In this document: positions 8,660 through 15,581 of the stretch, one piece after another
Layout: every line of letters starts with the position of its first letter
Position numbering within the stretch: the first letter of the stretch is position 1
Assembly (NCBI GenBank): GCA_031409655.1
Contig: JANNXQ010000067.1
Location: 1-48,868, forward strand
Direction: 5' to 3'
DNA: 48,868 nucleotides
Source: Chthoniobacteraceae bacterium
Lineage (GTDB): Bacteria > Verrucomicrobiota > Verrucomicrobiia > Chthoniobacterales > Chthoniobacteraceae
The notes under the pieces: generated by a model
The model's input: only the letters and a program-made list of their open reading frames with translations
The model's database searches: none
Told to the model about the DNA's origin: nothing
Translations under genes and position numbers: made by a program

Positions 8660-10296
8660 CAACCGGGCGACCCACTTACGACGAAGCAATGGAGCGGGCG
8701 GCGCTTGGATGCGTCATCCGCGAACCGGAGCGAATGCAGGCTCTCGCCACGAGCGCGGACCCTTCCCACTTCTTCCATCCATCCACGCGCGCCATGTTTG
8801 ACGCGATGCTCTCCATTTACGCGACGGGCGGAACAATCGAGTTCCGCACCATCGGCTCAGAGATGACGAGACTCGGCACGCTCAAGGAAATCGGCAATCC
8901 CGGTTACATTACGCAATGCGCCGATGATGCACCCGCGCCTTCAATGCTCGACGAGTATCTCGTGAAACTTCGTGAGTTGGCGGACATCCGCTTCGGCGAA
9001 GGCGCAGATCAACCGGAGATTAGTGAATGGAGCGCGGTGAACCTGTTCCTTTCCCGTGCGCCGAAGCTGCGGTGCATCGGCACAACTTGGTACGCGTATC
9101 GAGATGGATGCTGGGCTGAAACAAGCCGCCACGAGTTCCGTCCGATCGCGCAGGAGGTGCAACCCCCACTTAAACGCACAGAACGCCGGGAGCGGGCCAT
9201 TCTGGATCACGCCGAGGGTCGTGTGCAGGTGAGCAAAGACAGCCTCCGAGGCTTCTACGCCAAAGACGGCGAGGCCATTCTTATCAATGTCGCCAATGGG
9301 ATTGCCAAAGTCACTGCGGAGCGCTGCGAACTATTGCCGCACAGTCCAGACCACAGCTTCACACTCAAGACCAAGGCGTCGTACGGACCTCACCTCGGCA
9401 GAGAGACGCCATCATTCGCCGCGACACTCAGCGAGGCCATGCCGGACTCCGAAGACCGTCGTCTGTTCCAGATGTTCGCCGGATCGTTGCTCCTTCCTGA
9501 CGCGCGCTTTGAATCCGCTCTCGTCTGTTATGGGCTGGCAGGCACGGGAAAGAGTACGGTCGCGGAGGGTGTAGCCGGAGCTTTGGGTGAACCCTTAGTT
9601 GCCAGGCTGACGATGAAGCAGCTCTGCGACCCCAAAGGCTACCACGTCCCGAGCCTGCGTTTCGCAGCGGTCAATCTAGGTACCGAGCTGGATTCTTTAG
9701 AGGTGGAGGACGGTGGCGCTTTCAAGGCGCTTGCGTCTGGTGAGGCCATTCAGGCCCGACCGATCTACGGCTCACCGTTTGTTATGCAGACAACGGCGAA
9801 GTTGATCTTCCTCAGCAACGACCTTCCGCGCTTCAAAAGCGGCACCGATGGTGAACTAAGGCGGATGCGCTTTATTCGCTTCGACCAGAAGCCCGCCGCA
9901 CCGAATACCAGATTGAAAGAGCAGATCGCCAGCGAGCGCGACGGCATCCTGGAATGGATGATAGAGGGATTGATGGCCGCACTGGACGAGGGTGCCATTC
10001 CGCAAGGTGGAGAAACCTCGCGAGCGGCGCTGAGTAGGTTCAGTATCAGCAATGATCCACTGGCCGGATTCGTCACCTCTCGGTGTGTCCTCGGTGCTCA
10101 CTACCGAGAGGACAAAGGCCACCTTGAAGGCGCATACGCTGAGTATCTGGAAGAGCACGGGATGCCGATCATTATGCAGACAAGCTTCCTAAAACGCCTG
10201 TACGAACGCTACCCGCAAGTGCGCGCCGTTCGTAACCGCGTCGCGGGAGGAGAGCGCCAGAGAGCAATCGTCGGGGTAAAACTGGCCGATGAGTAA
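8656..10296 (+). CDS. Replication protein: DnaB N-terminal-like domain fused to D5/P4-type SF3 helicase
   Basis: Walker A GLAGTGKST, LINVANG, KLIFLSNDLP, LRRMRFIRF; N-terminal ~105 aa follow the DnaB-NTD pattern. Confidence 0.85.
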   Translation: MTTGRPTYDEAMERAALGCVIREPERMQALATSADPSHFFHPSTRAMFDAMLSIYATGGTIEFRTIGSEMTRLGTLKEIGNPGYITQCADDAPAPSMLDEYLVKLRELADIRFGEGADQPEISEWSAVNLFLSRAPKLRCIGTTWYAYRDGCWAETSRHEFRPIAQEVQPPLKRTERRERAILDHAEGRVQVSKDSLRGFYAKDGEAILINVANGIAKVTAERCELLPHSPDHSFTLKTKASYGPHLGRETPSFAATLSEAMPDSEDRRLFQMFAGSLLLPDARFESALVCYGLAGTGKSTVAEGVAGALGEPLVARLTMKQLCDPKGYHVPSLRFAAVNLGTELDSLEVEDGGAFKALASGEAIQARPIYGSPFVMQTTAKLIFLSNDLPRFKSGTDGELRRMRFIRFDQKPAAPNTRLKEQIASERDGILEWMIEGLMAALDEGAIPQGGETSRAALSRFSISNDPLAGFVTSRCVLGAHYREDKGHLEGAYAEYLEEHGMPIIMQTSFLKRLYERYPQVRAVRNRVAGGERQRAIVGVKLADE

Positions 10297-10300
10297 GAAT

Positions 10301-10420
10301 CCGTCCCATCTGTCCCGCCCGTCCCGCCCTGTTTCCTTATGTTCCCTCACACGCACGCACACACGCGCACCCGCGAAAGATAAGAGCGGACCCCGGGACA
10401 CCCGGGACAGCCGGGACACA
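10301..10420. repeat. Putative iteron origin of replication
   Basis: GTCCC at 10303/10312/10321 and inverted GGGAC at 10395/10404/10413 (9-bp period) around a CA/CG-alternating tract, directly after the helicase gene. Confidence 0.7.
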
Positions 10421-10428
10421 AACCGCCC

Positions 10429-10671
10429 ATGAAGGCCGTAGTTCCACTGACCGCAGACCAAGTGGCAAACCTTCACCCCATCATGGAAGCAGCCCGCCTG
10501 CTACCTCACGGCCGGCTTATCGGCCAAGTGCGTCGTGAAGACTTCGACGGCTCGAACGCATCAACAGCAGGCCGATGGCTGCTAACCGTGGCTCTCGTCC
10601 CACCCGAAGCAGCCGAGGCCATGCGGACTGCATACCTCAAGTCCACCGCACCGAGGAAGGCCAAGCCATGA
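10429..10671 (+). CDS. Small hypothetical protein
   Basis: ATG-initiated ORF co-oriented with the replication genes. Confidence 0.55.
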   Translation: MKAVVPLTADQVANLHPIMEAARLLPHGRLIGQVRREDFDGSNASTAGRWLLTVALVPPEAAEAMRTAYLKSTAPRKAKP

Positions 10672-10846
10672 TCCAGATCAGCCACATCATCCCCGGCCTG
10701 CGTCACCGCGAGCCCGGGCAAACCGTCTTCCTCTTATACACCGTGCCGATGACTGCGAGCCCGTGGCGGTCATCGTCGAGCACTGGCGGGGCGTTGGAGC
10801 GATGGCCTACCCCCCCCACCCCGACTAGGAAACCTGTTAGCCGCAC

Positions 10847-10890
10847 ACCACCCGTCCAGAGGTAGACAGAGACCACCCCTCTGGAGTGGT
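10847..10890. other. Dyad upstream of terS-like gene, candidate cos/packaging site
   Basis: TCCAGAGG-15 nt-CCTCTGGA with outer ACCAC/GTGGT arms. Confidence 0.35.
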
Positions 10891-10951
10891 AGCCAAGAAA
10901 AATCAACTTTCCCATCAGCCCCGCTTTTTCGCCCATCCACCACCAAAACGT

Positions 10952-11200
10952 ATGTCAAAACCGATTGAGCTAACCTTTGCCGCCCTCGCGGCAATATACG
11001 GCATCACCGAGCGTTGTCTGCGCGACTTAAAAAAGCGCCGGCCAGATGTATGGGAGCATGATGCCGCCGACGTTTATTACACGTTCCTGGAGCAGCGCAG
11101 CCGTCCCCGCGCGATCCGTGGCGGTGTGGCGTGGATCCACAAAAAGCAGCAGCAGATCGACGCAGCGCGAGGCGCTGGCGGAGGTCAGGGACTCCTATAA
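10952..11200 (+). CDS. Small HTH protein, Nu1-like terminase small subunit candidate
   Basis: ELTFAALAAIYGITERCLRDLKK resembles the lambda Nu1 N-terminal winged HTH pattern. Confidence 0.45.
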   Translation: MSKPIELTFAALAAIYGITERCLRDLKKRRPDVWEHDAADVYYTFLEQRSRPRAIRGGVAWIHKKQQQIDAARGAGGGQGLL

Positions 11201-11411
11201 GCATCGCTTCTCCTCGCTTGGTTACAAGGACTTCTCGGACTACTGCAAGACCAAGTGGGGGATGAGCCGCCGTAATGCTTACGACCTAATGGGAACTGCG
11301 GAGGTCACAAGGAATGTGCAAGAAGTTGCACAAATCAGCCGCGAAGAAGCCCGCCCACTCACTAGGCTCGAAACTCCGGAGCAGCAGCGGGCCGAAACTT
11401 CGGGAGATTGA
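11163..11411 (+). pseudogene. Fragment of a phage HTH-type protein
   Basis: ALAEVRD...GYKDFSDYCKTKWGMSRRNAYDLM...ARPLTRL pattern seen in phage proteins; no convincing start, out of frame with the overlapping upstream ORF. Confidence 0.5.
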
Positions 11412-11423
11412 TAGTAAAGGCGG

Positions 11424-11452
11424 TTGACAATCAATGCTGTGTCCTTCATTTT
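11424..11452 (+). promoter_or_regulatory. Putative sigma70 promoter for the downstream four-gene cluster
   Basis: TTGACA-17 nt-CATTTT shortly before ATG 11461. Confidence 0.5.
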
Positions 11453-11460
11453 CGTTCGTG

Positions 11461-11682
11461 ATGAACGCTGAACCTCCAACCGATCCTGCCAGCGATGCGC
11501 TGCTTACCGGCAGCATGCTCGCCATTCGTTGCGGCAAACCTTCAATGGCCGTTTCCCGTGCGCTGGCCCGTGGAGATATTCAGCCCGATTTCCGAGCGGG
11601 AGGTTTCTCGCTCTTCCGCACTTCCCGTCTCAATGAACTCCGCGTTGCCCTCGACGCCCGCAAGGCTGCACGTCACCGCTAA
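11461..11682 (+). CDS. Small putative DNA-binding protein (Xis/MerR-like)
   Basis: LLTGSMLAIRCG...VSRALARGDIQPD...LFRTSRLNEL pattern. Confidence 0.55.
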   Translation: MNAEPPTDPASDALLTGSMLAIRCGKPSMAVSRALARGDIQPDFRAGGFSLFRTSRLNELRVALDARKAARHR

Positions 11683-11686
11683 CTTT

Positions 11687-12076
11687 ATGAAATCATCCAC
11701 CCCTCAACCGATCGACCTCGCCGCGCTCGAAGCTGTCCTTTTCGAAACCCGCGCACTTACCGCAGAGCGCCGCAAGGCTGCCAAGAAGGTTACTTATACC
11801 GGGCGCGGATTGTTCGGCCCGCAGAACGCCAGCCACGGCGCAAGGTGCGGACTCTGTGGATCACGCTCCACTGCAACCGGCCTTTGCAGGGTCTGCGGCG
11901 GATTACCCGCAGGCAAACGCCTCTCCCCAACGCTAAACAAAACTCCTTCGCAATGGTTCGCCGCTCTCGCCGCAATCGCGGACCCAGTGGGTCGCGTGAA
12001 GTTTTTCAACGAGCATCGCGCTGCGATTTCCGCCGCGAACTATCGCGAGAAGTTCCCGCACGTTCACCGCGAGTAA
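11687..12076 (+). CDS. Zn-finger protein with scaffold-like C-terminal helix pair
   Basis: CGLC...CRVC; C-terminal LAAIADPVGRVKFFNEHRAAI. Confidence 0.6.
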   Translation: MKSSTPQPIDLAALEAVLFETRALTAERRKAAKKVTYTGRGLFGPQNASHGARCGLCGSRSTATGLCRVCGGLPAGKRLSPTLNKTPSQWFAALAAIADPVGRVKFFNEHRAAISAANYREKFPHVHRE

Positions 12077-12098
12077 TTCACCCACCAACCAAAGCCCC

Positions 12099-12599
12099 AT
12101 GTTATCTGCATACGCACCCACAAACGACGCACTCACCACGCCGGAAAATTCCCTCATTAGCTCCTCAGAAGCTGCACGCCGCGCTAAGCTCGCGGAGCAA
12201 GTCGCCCAAGCTACCGACGCACTCGCCGCACACAACGAAGCGCTTCGGAGTAAAGGAGAAACTTGGGCTGGCTATGTTGAGAACGTCGAGGGCTCTATCC
12301 GCACTTTCCTCCTCGCGGAAAGTGCAGTCAGCCATTGCGAACGGGAGAACGAGCAGTGCCGGAAAAGCATTCTCGCGTCACTCCCACACTGCGGCGAACG
12401 GTCAATCCGCGAACGCGTCGTTGTCGCCGGCCGCACTATTGGAATGAACGAAACAGCGATTCGCGAGATTCGCTCTGCCATCGAGACGTATCAGAAGTCA
12501 CACGTCGAGCTGATCACCGAGGCGCGTGAATACGCGAAGTCCGCGAAGATTCCACAGCAGCTTTGGCCGGACGCGATGAAGGCCGCGAGCTTGGACTAA
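12099..12599 (+). CDS. Helical/coiled-coil hypothetical protein
   Basis: 166-aa Ala/Glu/Arg-rich ORF in operon position. Confidence 0.6.
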   Translation: MLSAYAPTNDALTTPENSLISSSEAARRAKLAEQVAQATDALAAHNEALRSKGETWAGYVENVEGSIRTFLLAESAVSHCERENEQCRKSILASLPHCGERSIRERVVVAGRTIGMNETAIREIRSAIETYQKSHVELITEAREYAKSAKIPQQLWPDAMKAASLD

Positions 12600-12613
12600 G
12601 ACTTTGGTTCGAT

Positions 12614-12662
12614 GGCGGCGCGCGTCGGGGTTTTCTCATGGTTCCCGGCGCGCGTCGTTTTC
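12614..12662 (+). terminator. Long hairpin before the tape-measure-like gene
   Basis: ggcggcgcgcgtcgggg pairs with tcccggcgcgcgtcgtt (with G-U pairs), short T run follows. Confidence 0.45.
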
Positions 12663-12683
12663 GGACCTAACTAAAACAACTTT

Positions 12684-13709
12684 ATGGCAAACCTCGCAGC
12701 ATCCATCGTCGCCCGGCTCGGGCTCGATACCGGCCCGCTGAAACGCGGACTCAAAGAAGCCGAGCGCGATGTCGGCGGATTCGCGAAGTCGCTTAACTTC
12801 CTCAAGGGAACGCTCGCGCTTATCGGCGTGCAAAAACTCGTTCAAGGATTCAAAGAAGTCGTCGGACTCGGCAAGGAACTGAACCCTGCACTTAAACATT
12901 CCGAGGAGACCTTGAGGGCACTCAATCAGGAATCGGCGGGTTTGACCGATGCGCAGCTCGAGGCGCTCTCCAAGATCGAGGACGGCTGGCTAGGTGTGGG
13001 TGCCCGTATCAAGGGCTTTTTCGCTCAGGTTGTCTTGAGCGCAGAACAGGCCAGCGCTGCCGCGAACGTGGATAACATCGCAGGCGGTGGAACGGGTGGC
13101 TTCTTCGGTAACTTCAAGAAGGCGTTCGCCGAAAATGGCAATCAGCGCGAACAAGCCAAAAAGGATGCGGAGGCTCGCGCTGCCGAAGCCGCTCAAGAAA
13201 AAGTGGCCGGGATCCACAACGAGATCGTTGAGCTACAGCGAGCGGACGCCACCAGCCGAATCTCGACCGGGGAGAAAATCCTTGAGATCGAGGAACGGAT
13301 CGCCGCCGCGCGAGCCGCACAGTTCAACACGGACCCCGTGTTGCAGGCCGGTGCGGAGAAGACGGAGGCGAAACTTAAGATCGAGAAAGCCGCGCTTGTG
13401 CGGCAGGAAAAGGAGGAGGAGGAAAAGGCATTTCAGCAGCGCATTGATGCGAAGCTCGTCCCCCTGGATGATCGGCGCAGCGCAAAGTCGCAAGCGGCTC
13501 TCCGCGCACGCACCGGGCGGGCCATCAAAAAGAACGATGAAAGCCGAGACCTTACCAACAGGTTGAACGGTCGGCAGCTTTCGCCGCGCAATTTACCGCC
13601 AGACATTGCGGCTCCAAACGCTCCGAAAGTGGCGGCCATCACTCCGGGTGAGACGCAGATTGTTCAGCGGATGGATACCCTGATCGAGAATTTGAAAGTG
13701 AAGGTTTAG
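12684..13709 (+). CDS. Short tape-measure-like protein (341 aa)
   Basis: N-terminus ASIVARLGLDTGPLKRGLKEAERDVGGF is typical of tail tape-measure starts; amphipathic and long coiled-coil segments follow. Confidence 0.65.
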   Translation: MANLAASIVARLGLDTGPLKRGLKEAERDVGGFAKSLNFLKGTLALIGVQKLVQGFKEVVGLGKELNPALKHSEETLRALNQESAGLTDAQLEALSKIEDGWLGVGARIKGFFAQVVLSAEQASAAANVDNIAGGGTGGFFGNFKKAFAENGNQREQAKKDAEARAAEAAQEKVAGIHNEIVELQRADATSRISTGEKILEIEERIAAARAAQFNTDPVLQAGAEKTEAKLKIEKAALVRQEKEEEEKAFQQRIDAKLVPLDDRRSAKSQAALRARTGRAIKKNDESRDLTNRLNGRQLSPRNLPPDIAAPNAPKVAAITPGETQIVQRMDTLIENLKVKV

Positions 13710-13736
13710 ACTTTCGTGAGGTGGCAATGGGGAAGC

Positions 13737-13773
13737 AAAAAGCCCGACCAGCGCAAACTGGTCGGGCTCTTTT
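13737..13773. terminator. Bidirectional intrinsic terminator
   Basis: AGCCCGACCAG-cgcaaa-CTGGTCGGGCT flanked by A and T runs between convergent genes. Confidence 0.85.
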
Positions 13774-13790
13774 GTGTCGAGTGGTGGGGA

Positions 13791-14033
13791 CTAGGCGATG
13801 ACGCGGGAAATCTCCTTTGCGTTCTTCATTTTTCGGAGCGTTATGGGGCTCACTCCGCGCAGCCTCGCCTCTTCGGTTTCCCCGGGTATTTCATCGGGGT
13901 TCCATGCGCGCATCAGGATCAGAGCCAATTTTTCGGGCGTGAGCTTTAGACGGGCAATCGCTATGTCCGTCGCTTCCGATACCAGGGAGGGAGGCAGTCT
14001 TTTCAACAACTGCGTGAGTTGGTCGGCGTTCAT
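13791..14033 (-). CDS. Small protein with possible C-terminal HTH
   Basis: MNADQLTQ...EEARLRGVSPITLRKMK; ATGA overlap with upstream gene. Confidence 0.6.
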   Translation of the reverse strand: MNADQLTQLLKRLPPSLVSEATDIAIARLKLTPEKLALILMRAWNPDEIPGETEEARLRGVSPITLRKMKNAKEISRVIA

Positions 14034-14254
14034 GCCGCGAGCTTCCGTGCCGCTGTCACGGTGGGCGACAGTTGGAGCAGGAACAGCACGCGCAAGAAGC
14101 TCTGGACGGACACCCGCGCCGTCTTCGCTCCCTCTAGCACAAGGGGAGCTAAATCGTGCGGCACTTCCAAGGGCTTTTTCTCTCCCAAGTCGATGAGGAT
14201 ACGACGGGCGGCGGGCTTGGTGGATTTCTTCACTGCGGTTTTCTGTGTTTTCAT
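14030..14254 (-). CDS. Small basic protein, ribbon-helix-helix-like; alternative in-frame start at 14347
   Basis: LEVPHDLAPLVLEGAKTARVSVQSFLRVL pattern; coupled to next gene. Confidence 0.55.
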   Translation of the reverse strand: MKTQKTAVKKSTKPAARRILIDLGEKKPLEVPHDLAPLVLEGAKTARVSVQSFLRVLFLLQLSPTVTAARKLAA

Positions 14255-14256
14255 CG

Positions 14257-14347
14257 GTATGCAAAAAGTCCGCTCCCGAAGGCTTACACCTTTTCGCCGC
14301 ACGGCATCACCCGGAACAGCTATCGGAAACGGACTTTGAATCTGCAT
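14257..14347 (-). promoter_or_regulatory. Structured leader carrying the two antisense target sites
   Basis: AAAGTCCGTTTCCGA pairs with TCGGGAGCGGACTTT, enclosing GGTGATG (14311-14305) and GTGTAAGC (14289-14282). Confidence 0.7.
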
Positions 14348-14350
14348 TAT

Positions 14351-14410
14351 GTGCGTCGCCCCGGTGATGGCCGGGATTTCAGAATGACGGTTGCCGTGTA
14401 AGCAGCAACG
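14351..14410 (-). ncRNA. C4/CI-like antisense RNA
   Basis: Outer stem CGTTGC/GCGACG with two hairpins presenting GCTTACAC and CATCACC, each complementary to a downstream site. Confidence 0.7.
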
Positions 14411-14415
14411 ATTCG

Positions 14416-14445
14416 AGATTGAGCGCACGCCGTGCCACCGTGCAA
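14416..14445 (-). promoter_or_regulatory. Putative promoter of the C4-like RNA operon
   Basis: TTGCAC-18 nt-CAATCT ending 5 nt before the predicted RNA. Confidence 0.45.
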
Positions 14446-14649
14446 GCGCAGAATTGACCGCTACGGGCGCTGCGTGTCCTGATGCCAGTTTCAGGCAAGC
14501 GGATGGCCCGCCTTGTGCGATGCAATGGGTGTCCCCACGCGGTTGCTGTGCGAAACCCTCCCCGGCTTGTCGCCTCGCCACGCGGCGGACATTTTTTTGG
14601 GATAGCGTCCGGCGTGGTCGTGGTTGGCGCGCCGGACGTGACCTTTGGG

Positions 14650-14735
14650 AACTTTTCACGGTCTTCTACGGTCCTGCTCAGAGACTATTTTTCCTCGTCC
14701 CCTAGCCTAACTTTTCACGGTCGTCTTCTACGGTC
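14650..14735. repeat. Right integrase arm-type repeats
   Basis: Two copies of AACTTTTCACGGTC(GTC)TTCTACGGTC at 14650 and 14709; share TTCTACGGTC with the left end. Confidence 0.8.
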
Positions 14736-14860
14736 GCGCCCCTTTTCGGTGGAAAGCGGTGAAAAACGAAGACAAACGCAATCGACCGCAAACCCTTTGT
14801 GGAGGCTGATCCGCAGCCGATTCGGTAAACTGTGAAAAACAGGCAAAACCGCCGTTTTCC

Positions 14861-14905
14861 GTTTAGAAGACCGCTGCTCTATCCAGCTGAGCTACGAGCG
14901 CTTTG
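14861..14905 (-). repeat. Right att core: displaced 5' fragment of tRNA-Arg(TCT)
   Basis: Identical to 6109-6153; tRNA similarity stops 2 nt past the anticodon loop. Confidence 0.95.
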
Positions 14906-15067
14906 GCGACACTGCCCCGAGCGGGAGGATGGATGCCATGGAATGCCTGAACCGACCAGCGGAAAAGCGCGGGTCTGCTGGCGCCAGCGTGTTCGAGGAG
15001 CGGCGGAAGGGGTGAGAAATTCACGAAACTCCCTTTGCACGGCGCGGGACCTTTGCTAGAAATTCCG

Positions 15068-15174
15068 ATGTCGGCGTTGGCTCCCGGGTGATTATCTGAC
15101 TCTGAGCCTCCCAAAAGCTAGACGCTCCCTGTCCTTGGATTTGCGCCTATAGCGGTCAACGCCGACACTTTTTT
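15068..15174 (+). ncRNA. Candidate ~100-nt small RNA
   Basis: 13-bp closing stem TGTCGGCGTTGGC/GTCAACGCCGACA, T run after, promoter-like TTGCAC-16-TAGAAA before. Confidence 0.45.
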
Positions 15175-15361
15175 CTTCATACGAGACGTGGCCGGAAGCG
15201 GACGTGGCACGAATCGCGCTAAAACTGGAACCCTCCGCGGGAGTGGTTGCCCGCGGGTGGGGGAATAACAGCCGGCGTTGTGTCAGATAGGGGACACAGC
15301 GCCGGTCTCTTCCTTTTTGAGGATGACCGGCGCCGGTGATTCGCGATCTGCGGAGGAAAAG

Positions 15362-15442
15362 TGCTCGGGGCGGGACTTGAACCCGCACGCCTTTCGGCAT
15401 ACGCCCCTCAAACGTACGTGTCTGCCATTTCACCACCCGAGC
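15362..15442 (-). tRNA. tRNA-Leu (anticodon GAG), CCA not encoded
   Basis: GCTCGGGTGGTGAAATGGCAGACACGTACGTTTGAGGGGCGTATGCCGAAAGGCGTGCGGGTTCAAGTCCCGCCCCGAGCA with long variable arm. Confidence 0.96.
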
Positions 15443-15581
15443 TTTCAACGAGGCGGGAATCTCTAGCAGTGAGGAAATGGGGCGCAAGCATTCTTTTGGA
15501 AGGTTGGGCTGCGCATCGGGATACGGCCGTTTTTCGGGGCTTGGAGTGGCGGGAGATAAGCCGTAGCAGGACCGGACGCAC

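Larger units (their letters stand above)
6109..14905. mobile_element. Integrated phage-satellite-like element (~8.8 kb) at tRNA-Arg(TCT)
   Basis: 45-bp direct repeat at both ends, integrase next to the left repeat, excisionase-like and helicase genes, no capsid/portal/large terminase recognised. Confidence 0.92.

Noticed and set aside
10301..10420. CRISPR-like array
   Set aside because: Units are 5-9 bp and inverted with no spacers; no cas genes in the window
11138..11149. Programmed -1 frameshift at CAC AAA AAG joining the HTH ORF to the downstream fragment
   Set aside because: The fragment is in the +1 frame, so a -1 slip would not reach it
14861..14905. Second tRNA-Arg gene
   Set aside because: Only nt 1-41 are present, with no T arm or 3' acceptor strand; it is the att duplication
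6109..14905. Complete prophage or conjugative element
   Set aside because: No capsid, portal, large terminase, lysis, relaxase or T4SS genes recognised within the att-bounded 8.8 kb
15068..15174. SRP RNA or 6S RNA
   Set aside because: No SRP domain IV motif on either strand, and much shorter than typical 6S; kept only as an unknown sRNA
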